A DNA stretch of 60,255 nucleotides, filler included, from 4 parts of 4 records of this genome joined end to end with filler, not necessarily neighbours in it, one strand, 5' to 3'. Positions 21,250 through 32,481 are shown, numbered from the whole stretch's first letter. Made by a program: numbers and translations. Notes: generated by a model from the letters alone, not told the origin.

Positions 21250-23250
21250 ATGGGGATAAACAATAAGAGAACCCCCGAACTATTGCTACCGGCTGGCAAT
21301 ATGGATAACTTTCAGGCAGCTGTTCAAGGTGGCGCTGACGCTGTATATCTTGGTGTTAAAAGTTTTAATGCTCGAGGAAGAGCAAAGAATTTTACATATC
21401 AACAACTATACGAAGTATTAAATATTGCCAAAAGATATGAGGTAAGTATTTATGTTACCTTAAATACTGTAATCAAAAACTCCGAGATTAATGAATTAAT
21501 TGACACTTTATATATCCTTGAGCAAATAAAACCTAACGCTATAATTATTCAGGATTTTGGTGTTTACCAAATAGCAAAAAATTATTTCCCTTCATTACCT
21601 TTACATGCAAGTACACAAATGGCATTTCATAATAGTCTTGGAGTCAACTTTGCAGGTAAAATTGGTTATGAGAGAGTTATTTTGGCAAGAGAACTAACAA
21701 TGCCCGAATTAAAAACTATATCTGCTAAATCGAAAATTGAAATCGAATTATTTATCCATGGCGCACTCTGCTATTCATTCTCAGGACTTTGTTTATATAG
21801 CAGTTATATGGGAGGACAAGGAGCTAATAGAGGCCTATGTAAACAACCATGCCGTAGAATATTTCATCAATCAAAACAAGATAATTTTCCATTTAATCTA
21901 AAAGACCTTCAATCGTTAGAGCAAATACCTCAATTAAAGGAACTTAACATTCATTCTTTGAAGGTAGAAGGTAGATTAAAATCTGCGAACTATACATATA
22001 GTGTTGCAAAAGCATATAAATTAGCTTTAGAGCAACCCGAAAAGATTAATGAAGCTCGCCAAATACTGGATATGGATATGGGAAGAGAAAAAACATCTTA
22101 TTTTTTAGGTGGAAAAGTTTCCGATTCCATTAGCACACGAACTGCCACAGGAAAAGAAATTGGGGAAATAATTGATGTTAGAAATAATCAATTAATAATT
22201 TCATCAGGTATTGAGCTCAAAAAAGGAGATAGACTACGATTTGTGCATAGAAATGGAACTCAAACTGCAATTAAAATTCATGAATTCTCAGTTAATGAAA
22301 ATGAAGTAACTATTGAACTATCTGAAAAAGGGCATTTTCAAAAAAATGATAAAATCTACCTTGCTTCAAGGAAAGATCCAAAATTGAAAATTGAAGTTGA
22401 TCAAACTCAAAAGCTAAAAATCAATAACACACCTGGCGAGCTTAAATCAAGGATTAATAATAGTTTCAGAATACAACCAAACAAGAAACAAGAGAAATTT
22501 ACTGATATTTATGTCAGGATTAATGACATTAATTGGATTAAAAAAATACAATTCAATGACATCTATGGATTATTCATACAACTTCCGTTAAATCAGCACC
22601 ACCTGCTTAAAACTGATGTACCTTTCATTCAAAAGAATCTAAAAAAGATATACTTTGAATTGCCCGGATTTATCCCGGAAGGCTCAATAAATGAGTGGCA
22701 GAATTCAATAAAGAAACTCAAACAAAAAGGCATTAAACAATTTGTTGTGAGTCACTTATCTCAGGTGGATTTTTTCAACCCAAAGGATCGGATTATTAGT
22801 AATGAAAATGTATACGTGTTTAATGATGCGGCTATAAAAGCTATTCATTCATTAGGCATATTTAAGTACACTTATCCGTTGGAAAATGATTTAGATAATA
22901 TTAAAAGTTATAAAAATACAGACGGTATTCAACCCGTATATTTTAAGCCCCGACTATTCTTTTCAAGAATGCCGGTTAAGATAGATACAAACAATATATT
23001 TAAAGATGATTATAATACAGAATTGCATTATGCAAAAAGAGACAATCTAAATCACATTTATCCCGAAATACCTGTTTCATTCTCACATCATATCCAAAAC
23101 TTCAAACAAATAGGAATTTCAAGCTTTCTAATAGATTTTAGTTTTGAAAAACCATCACAAAACAGATGGAAAACTGTCATTAGAAAAGTAAAAAATTCAG
23201 AGCAAATACAACCTGCCACTAGTTTTAATATTAAACAAGGATTAACATAA
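21250..23250 (+). CDS. U32-family protein (RlhA/TrhP-like RNA hydroxylation factor)
   Basis: PELLLPAG, GADAVY, HASTQM, ARE, HGALCYSFSGLC, NRGLCKQPCR, LKVEGR. Confidence 0.9.
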   Translation: MGINNKRTPELLLPAGNMDNFQAAVQGGADAVYLGVKSFNARGRAKNFTYQQLYEVLNIAKRYEVSIYVTLNTVIKNSEINELIDTLYILEQIKPNAIIIQDFGVYQIAKNYFPSLPLHASTQMAFHNSLGVNFAGKIGYERVILARELTMPELKTISAKSKIEIELFIHGALCYSFSGLCLYSSYMGGQGANRGLCKQPCRRIFHQSKQDNFPFNLKDLQSLEQIPQLKELNIHSLKVEGRLKSANYTYSVAKAYKLALEQPEKINEARQILDMDMGREKTSYFLGGKVSDSISTRTATGKEIGEIIDVRNNQLIISSGIELKKGDRLRFVHRNGTQTAIKIHEFSVNENEVTIELSEKGHFQKNDKIYLASRKDPKLKIEVDQTQKLKINNTPGELKSRINNSFRIQPNKKQEKFTDIYVRINDINWIKKIQFNDIYGLFIQLPLNQHHLLKTDVPFIQKNLKKIYFELPGFIPEGSINEWQNSIKKLKQKGIKQFVVSHLSQVDFFNPKDRIISNENVYVFNDAAIKAIHSLGIFKYTYPLENDLDNIKSYKNTDGIQPVYFKPRLFFSRMPVKIDTNNIFKDDYNTELHYAKRDNLNHIYPEIPVSFSHHIQNFKQIGISSFLIDFSFEKPSQNRWKTVIRKVKNSEQIQPATSFNIKQGLT

Positions 23251-23323
23251 TAGTAAGAATGATATTTGTCTGCGGAAAAGAAATATCGTAATTTTAACTC
23301 AAATAATCACAAAATTTACTGTA

Positions 23324-24910
23324 ATGAAAATGAAAAGATTTTTAACCCTATTTGTTGTAGCCAGCATAATACTGTTGGTACAATCATGTTCAAAGCCTGA
23401 TCAGCACCTGAATACTATTCCTTCAGATGCTGCAATTGTTGGATCTGCTGATTTATTTAGTATGGCTAAAAAAGCTGAATTATACGATATGGATCAGTAT
23501 GCCATGTATAAAAAAATGATGGATCAATTAAAAGAAGAAAATGCAGAAATGTATGAATTCGTTAAAAGTTTAATTGATAACCCATTAAAAACAGGTTTGA
23601 AATACCGTGAAGATGTTTACTTCTTCATGAAAGGACTTGACAGAGGCCCAACAATTGGAGTTACGATGAGCTTGAGAAATGCAGGCGATTTCAAAGAATT
23701 TGTAAATGAAATGCTAGCCAAAACTAAAGCTCCTGTAAAAATAGAAGAGTTTGAAGGTATGAGTTACATTGCCCAAGGTGAGGCAGTATTGATATTTGAT
23801 GATGCTAAAATGCTTTTCCTTGTAAAAGAAGATGGAAATGCTGAAGATGCACTGAATAAAGCAAAAGAATTGATGGCACAAACTGAAGAAAAATCAATTA
23901 AGTCTTTACCAGCATTTACCACATTTAAAAGCGATGGTCAGGATATGAATTTATTCATTGCAACCGGTAATTTCCCCAAAACACCTCAAACAGCAATGAT
24001 TTTCAGTCAACTACCTTTTAGCCTTGATAATAACTTCACAATGATGCATTTTAGTTTTGAGGATGATGGTATATATGGAACAACTAAAACCATGCATAAC
24101 GACGAAATTAAGAAAATGTTGGAAGATTATCAATTCATGAAAGATGAATTTGATGGTAAATTGCTTACATACTTACCAAAAGAAAACTACATTACATTTG
24201 GTATGGCTCTAAATCCTGCTGAGGTTTATAAATTCATATATGATATTCCAAGTTATAAACCAATGCTTGATCAAGCTAATCAAAGTTCTCCATTGAGCAT
24301 TGAGAAGTTTGTTAATAGTCTTGGTGGCGATATCATCTTTGCAATGCACGGATTCAATATGCCAAAACAAGATGAAACAGAGCAGTATGGTGGAGGAAAT
24401 AGTATGATGCCTTATGCAACTGCTATTTTATCAATGAAAGATAAAGCGATTTATGATCAAATTACTACAACTTTGATTCCTCCAGGACTATTTACCGAAA
24501 GTGAAGGAGTATACTCTGGTGATTTCAATGGCATTAACGTTCATTTCGGATATTTTGATGATAACCTAATTGTTTCAAATGATAAGTCCGTAATTGATGC
24601 GGCTAAAAATGGTGGTATGGAAGAAAATGTTGGAGACACTGAATTATCGCAACTCTTCAGCTACACATCATTCTTCTTTATGAATCTTGATTGGGAAAAA
24701 TACCCTGAAGCAATGAAAACGATGCTTTCAAAAACAATGGGTAATAAAGAACTAGAAATGTTCCAATCAGTAACAAACGTTATGAAGGAAGCTAAGGCTT
24801 ACAATAAATCAATTGATGAAGGTAAATTTGAATTGGTAATGAAAAATACTGATGGTAATTCACTTCATACAATCATGCAGCTTGTAGATGAGTTTAGCAG
24901 TAAAAACTAG
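23324..24910 (+). CDS. Lipoprotein (DUF4836-like)
   Basis: Lipobox LVQSC; IPSDA motif typical of the family. Confidence 0.6.
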   Translation: MKMKRFLTLFVVASIILLVQSCSKPDQHLNTIPSDAAIVGSADLFSMAKKAELYDMDQYAMYKKMMDQLKEENAEMYEFVKSLIDNPLKTGLKYREDVYFFMKGLDRGPTIGVTMSLRNAGDFKEFVNEMLAKTKAPVKIEEFEGMSYIAQGEAVLIFDDAKMLFLVKEDGNAEDALNKAKELMAQTEEKSIKSLPAFTTFKSDGQDMNLFIATGNFPKTPQTAMIFSQLPFSLDNNFTMMHFSFEDDGIYGTTKTMHNDEIKKMLEDYQFMKDEFDGKLLTYLPKENYITFGMALNPAEVYKFIYDIPSYKPMLDQANQSSPLSIEKFVNSLGGDIIFAMHGFNMPKQDETEQYGGGNSMMPYATAILSMKDKAIYDQITTTLIPPGLFTESEGVYSGDFNGINVHFGYFDDNLIVSNDKSVIDAAKNGGMEENVGDTELSQLFSYTSFFFMNLDWEKYPEAMKTMLSKTMGNKELEMFQSVTNVMKEAKAYNKSIDEGKFELVMKNTDGNSLHTIMQLVDEFSSKN

Positions 24911-24991
24911 GTAATTTAACAATGTTAAATTTATTAACATTATTTAGTTAATAAATTTCAAGCTATAGATATTTAAATTTATAGATAAATC

Positions 24992-25027
24992 AAAAATAGC
25001 GGTATTAGCTAAATACCGCTATTTTTT
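24992..25027. terminator. Bidirectional intrinsic terminator
   Basis: AAAAATAGCGGTATT/AATACCGCTATTTTT. Confidence 0.8.
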
Positions 25028-25116
25028 ATGTGCTAAAATTACCAGGTAAATACACCTGAAATTAAAAATTCCTTAGATAATTGTTAAAAATGGTTAAATT
25101 ATTGTATATTTGTATT

Positions 25117-25202
25117 GGGTTTTTAATCGACAGTTTAACTGTCGTCATGGTTTTAAGGGTTAATAACGGTGCGAGAGGAATTATTTCCTCTCGTTCTTTT
25201 TT
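25117..25202 (+). ncRNA. Candidate ~85-nt small RNA
   Basis: TATATTTG -7 box at 25105-25112, hairpin CGACAGT/ACTGTCG, terminator GCGAGAGGAA/TTCCTCTCGT plus U-tract. Confidence 0.6.
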
Positions 25203-25264
25203 AGGCCACTTTCATAAAAAAAGCCGATTTCAAAGAAACCGGCTCCTTATAAGATTTTTAAGTA

Positions 25265-26905
25265 TTAATTCTGACTTACAGTATACAAATACCTTTTAAT
25301 ACTCTTCTTAGGTGTTTTCTCAAACTCTTTATCGTAAAGAATTATTTTAGAAATAGACATATAACCTGGAAGTTGATGATTTAAATGCTTTTGATTATTC
25401 TGCATTTCATCTTCCAATTTTTCGCGCGATAAGTTTTCAGCTTCAATCAATTCTTGATCAGGTACAATTAATGCATGCAATTTACCCTTATCTTCAACAA
25501 CAATAGATTCTTGAACATAAGGCATATTGTTTAATTTAGCTTCAATCTCTTCAGGATATATATTCTGCCCAGAAGCTCCAAGAATCATGTTTTTACTTCG
25601 TCCTTTTATGTAAATGTAGTTATCCTTATCCATTACCCCTAAGTCACCAGTATGCAACCATCCTTCTCTATCAATTGCACTCTCTGTGGCTTCTTGATTC
25701 TTATAGTAGCCAGTCATCACATTTGTACCTCTAACAAGAATCTCTCCTGGCGTTTTTCTGGGGTTGGGTGAATCGATTCGAACTTCCATATATGGAATAG
25801 GTTTGCCACAAGACAATAAGCGTATATCATCCCATGCAGCATAACTAATCAAAGGGCCGCATTCGGTCATACCATATCCAACTGTATATTTAAACTTCGC
25901 TTTACAAAGGAATCTCTCCACATCACTATTAAATGCGGCTCCTCCAATAATAACCTCTTTAAAATTACCACCAAAAGCACCACTAATCTGCTTATTAACT
26001 TTATTATATACAATTCTATTAAGAAATGGTATATGTAAAATTACTTTTACCAGTGGTTTGCTTATCGCTGGTTTAATTTTTTTCTTGTAAATTTTCTCGA
26101 TTATTAATGGAACGGCAAAGATCAAATTTGGTCTCACATCAGCAAATGCCTGTAAAATAATCTGAGGTGATGGAACCTTTCCAAGGAAATTAATATGACA
26201 CCCCATCGCAAATGGTGCCAGAAATTCAAAAGCACAGCCATAAGCATGCGCTAATGGCAAGAATGAAACAATCTTCATTCCCGGTTGCAGTTGTATATAT
26301 TTCACTCCAAATTCAACATTTGCGGCCAAACTTTGATGTGGTAACATAACGCCTTTTGAAAAACCGGATGTTCCGGAAGTGTATAGTATTCCGAGAAGTT
26401 CCTCATGCTTTACCTCAGGCAGCTTAAAATTCTCAGCTTTAACCTCAGCACCTAACGTTAACTGTTCATAATCAGGGGCGTTCTCAACAGATGCATATAA
26501 AAGCTTCATAGTATCAAGACTATAAACAGCTTTGAGATGTTTAATTTGGTCAACATCTAGTTTTTCGTAAATGCTATCTGAAATAAAGAGCATTGTTGAA
26601 TCAGAATGATTCACAATGTGTATAATATCATTTGTGTGAAAATCTTGTAATAACGGCACTATAACAGCTCCATAAGAAGTAGATGCTAAATATGTAATGG
26701 CCCAATTAATGTTATTTTTTCCTATTACAGAAATCTTTTCACCCCGCTGTACTTCTAATTTTTGAAAAAGTTTATGAAATTTTAGGATTTCCTCGCCTGT
26801 TTTACCAAAAGTATAGGTCTCCTCCTTGTAGTTACTCAATGCTTCAAGCTCCCAATTGTCCCGGATACTTTTAGCAATCATTTCAACAAAATTCGCTACC
26901 TGCAT
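25265..26905 (-). CDS. Long-chain fatty acid--CoA ligase
   Basis: YTSGTSGFSKG, GYGMTE, WLHTGDLG, GQNIYPEEIE. Confidence 0.9.
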   Translation of the reverse strand: MQVANFVEMIAKSIRDNWELEALSNYKEETYTFGKTGEEILKFHKLFQKLEVQRGEKISVIGKNNINWAITYLASTSYGAVIVPLLQDFHTNDIIHIVNHSDSTMLFISDSIYEKLDVDQIKHLKAVYSLDTMKLLYASVENAPDYEQLTLGAEVKAENFKLPEVKHEELLGILYTSGTSGFSKGVMLPHQSLAANVEFGVKYIQLQPGMKIVSFLPLAHAYGCAFEFLAPFAMGCHINFLGKVPSPQIILQAFADVRPNLIFAVPLIIEKIYKKKIKPAISKPLVKVILHIPFLNRIVYNKVNKQISGAFGGNFKEVIIGGAAFNSDVERFLCKAKFKYTVGYGMTECGPLISYAAWDDIRLLSCGKPIPYMEVRIDSPNPRKTPGEILVRGTNVMTGYYKNQEATESAIDREGWLHTGDLGVMDKDNYIYIKGRSKNMILGASGQNIYPEEIEAKLNNMPYVQESIVVEDKGKLHALIVPDQELIEAENLSREKLEDEMQNNQKHLNHQLPGYMSISKIILYDKEFEKTPKKSIKRYLYTVSQN

Positions 26906-27048
26906 TATTTATTGTTTTGTCTGCCGTAGTAACAGCAAAAATTATTTCAAAGCTACAAATATAATAAATTATCCTTGTTAGATATTTTCAATAAACACCT
27001 GATGAATATACAAATAAAATTTCATAATGTTGAAAACATCATTTTTTT

Positions 27049-29358
27049 TTAATCCAACCCTCTTTCATTCAATATTAAAAAACCAAACCCAAAATGCACA
27101 AACCAGGGATTATTCTCTCTATCTAAATAACTAAATGATAAATATATAGGACCCATGAATGTTTGATAAACTAATGAACTATTTGCTAAATAGTATCTGT
27201 TGATAAATTTTTTATCAAATATTGGATTATATATGTCTGCCACAACACTACGATATGGTTGATATACATGTGCTTCAAGCCTTAGCGTAAGATTATCTAA
27301 AATATTAACAACAGGGATTACTCCGAGGGAAGCATAGGTATAGCTTCTAAAATTCGGCAAATAAAACAGCATAGTATGTGGAAATGGCTCAAACTCATCA
27401 CTTGCTAATTGAGTACTAATAAAATTAGAGAAAAAACCTTTCTCAGTATACATCATCTGTGCGCGTGCGCCAATGTAAAAACTTTTCGTAATCCGATGGT
27501 AATTTTGCACTAGCACCTCTACTTCATTATATCTATGATTGACTTTTTCTTCTATTAAACCTGTATTCTCAGCAGTTGTACCCGGGAAGTATTGCTCCTT
27601 GCCAGCCACATTTCGATATAAAACTTTATAAAATGATCCACGTGATGCAAATTGTTTAGCATTCAAGGTTCCATACTCAAATTTTATATGCGGGCTCAAA
27701 TAATCAAAACGAGTAAGATCAGGTTCATCATCACGAGATATTAAGTTAGTTTGATAATAATTATCTGCAGAAGCTCCGGCAGTTCCTCCTAAAGATATGT
27801 ACCCATTTATTGAAATTGGTAATCCAATATTGTATTGGAAAAAAGTTTCCCGTCTAGTAATATATGATGGCGTAGCATCTTCAAAAAACCATTCCTTTGT
27901 AGAATTGAAATAATCACGTCTTGAATAAGTAACATTTCCTTCCATAAAAAATGGGAAAAGCCTCCTTCCGCTAAAACTTCTTAAATAAGGAAAATCTATA
28001 ACTCCTTTTATTTTTAATGAACTATACATTTTACCATAATACAATGAACCCAATAAATCATAGCCCCGTTTACCAAATCTCTTATATCGGGTACCAATAA
28101 AAGCGAAATTCTTACTTGTGGTATTAATTTGACCACCAAGCATAACCTCTAAATTATATTCAGCTTTAATATTTAAATACAAATCGAAATAACCCGTTTC
28201 TTTATTAAATATAGCTCTCGGATATATTTCCCTAATTTTATTATCGCTCAATAGCTTAAAATACTCTTTGATGAATTCATCATAGGTAAAAGTTTCCTGA
28301 TTCGCCCTAATGTTCTTTTTTATATAAAGTTCTTGCCTTTTTTTAATCCCTGAAATAAAAATATCTTTAAAAACTAGTTCAGGCATTTTCTTTTTATACG
28401 ATTGTCTAAGCTTTAAAACTTGCTCCTTTTTTCTTTGTAATTTGACTTTAGACTTAATATTATCAATACTTTGCAAGGCAGCTTTATATCCCAGAGCAAT
28501 TAAGGTATCTACTTCATCAAAATCAGAAGCATCATAATTCCTGACATTAGGTTGAATTAATAATGTTGAATCTGGTAAATCAAAACTTGTATAATCTGTA
28601 AAAATATTTTCAATTTGCGATAAAATATCGTCAGGGTCAGGCATCTCAGAATTAAAGGCTACTTTAGATCCGATTATGATATCAGGATTAAACTCATCGA
28701 TCATTACATCTACAGGAAAATTGTTTTTCATACCTCCATCCATGTATAAAACACCATCAATTGTAATGGGCTTATATACAAGAGGAAACGTAATTGATGC
28801 CCTAATAGCTGATGCTAAATCAACATTGTTGAGCACAGCTGCTTCGGATTTATATACATCAGTGGCTACGCACCTAAATGGAATCATTAAACTATCGAAA
28901 TTATTTCCGGCAACTGCAGAACTTTGAGCTAAAAGCTCCATCAGCCTGAGATTCATTTGGTGATTTTCAACAATGCTAGAAGGAAAAATTGTTTTAAGAG
29001 GATCAAAATCTTTGTCTAATCTGAAACGAAACCAGGATGGATTAGGGTCTCCTTTTTTATAGTAGAATTTATCTGTTTCGTTTACTATTCCATATGCCCA
29101 TGTAAGAAACTCCTCAGATTTGAGCTTTTCTTCCATTTCTTCGGGAGTATAACCAGAAGCATACATAGCTCCCACTATGGCTCCAAAAGATGTTCCAGTA
29201 ATATAATCAATGGGGATATCATTTTGCTCAAGAGCTTTAAGAACACCTACATGAGCTGCCCCTTTTGCTCCTCCTCCACTGAGCACAAGACCAACTTTTT
29301 GCGCATAACTTCCCATTACTAATACACTAAACAATAGCAGCAATGGGAAGTAACGCAT
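27049..29358 (-). CDS. Patatin-like phospholipase fused to POTRA/Omp85-like barrel (PlpD/type Vd-like)
   Basis: LSGGGAKG, GTSFG, DGG; C-terminal beta-strand region ending GPIYLS...FGFGF. Confidence 0.85.
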   Translation of the reverse strand: MRYFPLLLLFSVLVMGSYAQKVGLVLSGGGAKGAAHVGVLKALEQNDIPIDYITGTSFGAIVGAMYASGYTPEEMEEKLKSEEFLTWAYGIVNETDKFYYKKGDPNPSWFRFRLDKDFDPLKTIFPSSIVENHQMNLRLMELLAQSSAVAGNNFDSLMIPFRCVATDVYKSEAAVLNNVDLASAIRASITFPLVYKPITIDGVLYMDGGMKNNFPVDVMIDEFNPDIIIGSKVAFNSEMPDPDDILSQIENIFTDYTSFDLPDSTLLIQPNVRNYDASDFDEVDTLIALGYKAALQSIDNIKSKVKLQRKKEQVLKLRQSYKKKMPELVFKDIFISGIKKRQELYIKKNIRANQETFTYDEFIKEYFKLLSDNKIREIYPRAIFNKETGYFDLYLNIKAEYNLEVMLGGQINTTSKNFAFIGTRYKRFGKRGYDLLGSLYYGKMYSSLKIKGVIDFPYLRSFSGRRLFPFFMEGNVTYSRRDYFNSTKEWFFEDATPSYITRRETFFQYNIGLPISINGYISLGGTAGASADNYYQTNLISRDDEPDLTRFDYLSPHIKFEYGTLNAKQFASRGSFYKVLYRNVAGKEQYFPGTTAENTGLIEEKVNHRYNEVEVLVQNYHRITKSFYIGARAQMMYTEKGFFSNFISTQLASDEFEPFPHTMLFYLPNFRSYTYASLGVIPVVNILDNLTLRLEAHVYQPYRSVVADIYNPIFDKKFINRYYLANSSLVYQTFMGPIYLSFSYLDRENNPWFVHFGFGFLILNERGLD

Positions 29359-29362
29359 AATA

Positions 29363-30463
29363 TTATCTTTCGTCTCCGAATGAAATTCCAATACCTCTGG
29401 CAGCTTTCATAAGGTGATTTTCTTCTTGAACTGTATTATAATCTTTGATGGCCTCTTTTAAAGGCACTGATATAATATTTGGATGACGGTATGATACCAT
29501 ACGTCCATATTCTTCATTTAAAACCATTTCAAAAGCTTTATTACCATATTGTGTAGCAAGCACACGATCATAAGCTACAGGAACTCCTCCACGCTGCAAG
29601 TGACCTAACACAGTTTCACGAATATCGTATCGAATACCGGCTTCTTTCAATTGATTTTTCAAAGCTGCAGCAACACCACCATAACGTTTATTTTCGTAAC
29701 CAACCTCATCATTCTTATTCTCAATAACATCCCCACCTTTAGGTTTAGCTCCTTCTGCAATAACGATAATCGCAAATCCACGATCTTTCACAAAACGTTC
29801 TTCTGCCTTTTCCTTCACAATCTCGATATCATAAGGTATCTCAGGCAACAAACAAATATCAGCACCACCAGCCACAGCAGCATGCAAAGCAATCCAACCT
29901 GCATCACGACCCATTACCTCTAAAATTAGCACTCGATTGTGACTTGCTGCAGTAGTTACTAATTTGTCCACAGCCTCTGTTGCAATCTGCACGGCTGTTT
30001 GAAAACCGAAGGTTGCATCTGTGGCTGATAAATCATTATCAATGGTTTTTGGTACACCAATCACATTCAATCCTTTTTCAAACAAAGCTTGAGATATTTG
30101 TTGTGAGCCATCTCCACCAATATTAATTACAGCTTCAATTCCTAAATAATTAATCTTGCGAATCATTTCATCAGAACGATCAACACTTCCCCAAGTACCA
30201 TCAGGATTTTTCACAGGCCATGCAAAGGGGCCTCCTTTATTAGTTGTTTCTAGAATAGTTCCTCCCCGGTAATGAATACCTGCAACCTTATCCTCATCTA
30301 GCACCTTTATTTCGGTTGGCTCCCATAGTATTCCATTAAAAGCTTGAATACTACCAACAACCTCCCAATCTTTTTCCTGAGAAGCTCTTTTCACAACTGC
30401 CCTGATTACAGCATTAAGCCCTGGGCAATCTCCTCCACCTGTGATAATTAAAACTCGCTTCAT
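29363..30463 (-). CDS. pfkA: 6-phosphofructokinase
   Basis: TGGGDCPGLN, GGDGS, PKTIDND, EVMGR, LGHLQRGG. Confidence 0.93.
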   Translation of the reverse strand: MKRVLIITGGGDCPGLNAVIRAVVKRASQEKDWEVVGSIQAFNGILWEPTEIKVLDEDKVAGIHYRGGTILETTNKGGPFAWPVKNPDGTWGSVDRSDEMIRKINYLGIEAVINIGGDGSQQISQALFEKGLNVIGVPKTIDNDLSATDATFGFQTAVQIATEAVDKLVTTAASHNRVLILEVMGRDAGWIALHAAVAGGADICLLPEIPYDIEIVKEKAEERFVKDRGFAIIVIAEGAKPKGGDVIENKNDEVGYENKRYGGVAAALKNQLKEAGIRYDIRETVLGHLQRGGVPVAYDRVLATQYGNKAFEMVLNEEYGRMVSYRHPNIISVPLKEAIKDYNTVQEENHLMKAARGIGISFGDER

Positions 30464-30675
30464 TTTTATAATTATTTATGTTTTAAACTCTTCAATTGAA
30501 CCAAAACGCAATATTGATTGCAAATTATTCTTCCATAAATTACTCTTAATCAATCAAAAAACACGTTTTCAAATCACGAATTTTGGCAGTGTAAAGGTAA
30601 TTAATTATAATCAAAATAGCACTTTTCAATCACTCAAAAAATTAAAAAACTACGCAAACGTTTGTGTTGATTTGC

Positions 30676-31413
30676 TTAGAGTTTAGCATCAATATTAGAT
30701 AAAACAATTGATGCTTTTTCTTTTAAATGAATATCTGTAATGTTATGTGTGAAAGCAGAGGATTCCGGATTAATTTCAATAATTGTAGCTCCATTGCGCT
30801 TAGCAAGCCATGGGACATTTGCCGCGGGAACAACTTCACCGGTTGACCCAATCACTATCATGACGTCTGTTTTAGAAGCATGAAATTCAGAATCACGAAA
30901 TGCGTCAATAGGAATTGGTTCTCCGAAAAAGATGAAAGAGGGTTTTGCAAGGCTTCCACATTGAGGACATTTGGGATAAGGAGCATTGAAATCAATTTTA
31001 CTAAGTTTACTTTTATGCGAAAGATTATCAGTGCAGATAAAATAGTTAGAGTTGCCATGAAATTCAATCACATTCTCACTTCCTGCAAGTTGATGAAGAT
31101 TATCGATATTCTGAGTAATAATAGCTTTAACCAAATTACGCTGCTCCCACTTAGCTATCACTTGATGGGTTTCATTAGGTTTTGCATTTGTAAAAAAATC
31201 AAAAAATAATTGTTTTATAACTGGCCAAACTTCCTCAGGATTATAAAGATATCTTTGTAAGTCTAAAATAGAAGGATCGTATTTATTCCAGATTCCGCTT
31301 TCACCCCTAAATGGTGGAATACCACTTTCAACAGAAATCCCAGCTCCAGTAAATACAGTTAAATGCCTCGCATTACGAATTAAATCAGCTGCTTTATCAA
31401 TTTCATTATTCAT
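30676..31413 (-). CDS. cobB: NAD-dependent protein deacylase (housekeeping sirtuin)
   Basis: TGAGISVESGIPPFR, ITQNIDNLH, HG, FFGE, IEINP. Confidence 0.9.
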   Translation of the reverse strand: MNNEIDKAADLIRNARHLTVFTGAGISVESGIPPFRGESGIWNKYDPSILDLQRYLYNPEEVWPVIKQLFFDFFTNAKPNETHQVIAKWEQRNLVKAIITQNIDNLHQLAGSENVIEFHGNSNYFICTDNLSHKSKLSKIDFNAPYPKCPQCGSLAKPSFIFFGEPIPIDAFRDSEFHASKTDVMIVIGSTGEVVPAANVPWLAKRNGATIIEINPESSAFTHNITDIHLKEKASIVLSNIDAKL

Positions 31414-31630
31414 GGCTTTCTAAATTTGCCAACTCCTGTTTGCTGAATAAAGTGGGGTAATCTTCATCGTAATGCTGTAATATACTTTTAAACAATGCAT
31501 CACGAATAATTTTGCTCTGATTTTTTACTTTATAACGCTTGCAATATTGCTCCAGCGCGTTAATCTCCCTATCATTCAAAAGCACTGATTTCTTATGACG
31601 TCTGCGATATATCGGCGTAGTACCCTTCAT
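31406..31630 (-). CDS. Small conserved-looking protein, possible ribbon-helix-helix
   Basis: 74-aa ORF overlapping the cobB start; ends DYPTLF. Confidence 0.6.
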   Translation of the reverse strand: MKGTTPIYRRRHKKSVLLNDREINALEQYCKRYKVKNQSKIIRDALFKSILQHYDEDYPTLFSKQELANLESHE

Positions 31631-31803
31631 AATTCTTGTAGATAAACTTAAAGTCAATATATAGATATATTGCAAATTTAAGTCATATTAAGATTATGAT
31701 ATAAACAGGATGTGCACATTTAATCAACAATTAGTGCACAAGTTATAAACAATCAAAATTCAGGGATAAAACCCATTTACCTAACACATTAATAATAGGT
31801 ATA

Positions 31804-32385
31804 TTAACCCCTATTTTCCCGAATAATTACTTCACTTAATGATCTTTTAGGAACATGATGTATTTCTTCATCATCACGCCAATATTTAAAGTCATCATTT
31901 TGGATCTCTTCAAGTGCTATTTTTTCAGCGGGTTTGCCAACGGTTAAAACGTTTAGGACTTCAAAAATATCCGGGATATTAAGTATATCCGTTAATTCCT
32001 TCTTCTTGAATGCCGCTATAATGCAACTCCCCAAACCTTTAGTTGTGGCACACAACATCATATTCTGCAAAGCAATACCTTCATCACAGAAATGATTTTC
32101 AGAAATTGTTTTATCATTCAAAACGATTATATATCCTGTTGGACGTTCACCTTGTACAGGTCCATCCCAGTCTTTCAAATAGCCAGCCCAACTCAATAAT
32201 GGAAAGATTTCTGCATTTAAATCCTGATTATTAACAATAATATATTTAAGGCTTTGTTGATTTCTACCGCTGGCCCCTATCCTGGCACATTCTACCAAAT
32301 CTTTTAGATCAGCTAATGAAACTAGGTGATTTTCATCATAGCGGCGATAGCTTCTTGTTTGCTTTATCAAATTTAAAATTTCCAT
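31804..32385 (-). CDS. Nitroreductase family protein
   Basis: TRSYRRY, SGRNQQ, GLGSC, VPKR. Confidence 0.88.
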   Translation of the reverse strand: MEILNLIKQTRSYRRYDENHLVSLADLKDLVECARIGASGRNQQSLKYIIVNNQDLNAEIFPLLSWAGYLKDWDGPVQGERPTGYIIVLNDKTISENHFCDEGIALQNMMLCATTKGLGSCIIAAFKKKELTDILNIPDIFEVLNVLTVGKPAEKIALEEIQNDDFKYWRDDEEIHHVPKRSLSEVIIRENRG

Positions 32386-32439
32386 ATATACAGGATTTAA
32401 TTTGTCCAAAGCTAACAAAAATGCAATAGCTCCAAAAAC

Positions 32440-32469
32440 AAAAATGCCCTTGCTTTTGCAAAGGCATTT
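32440..32469 (-). terminator. Intrinsic terminator
   Basis: AAATGCC-TTGC/GCAA-GGCATTT stem with a 5' A-tract. Confidence 0.6.
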
Positions 32470-32481
32470 ATTATAATCTGG

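Noticed and set aside
30676-31413. Sirtuin as a defence gene or partner of the Sir2 cargo
   Set aside because: Typical CobB in housekeeping context, on a different contig
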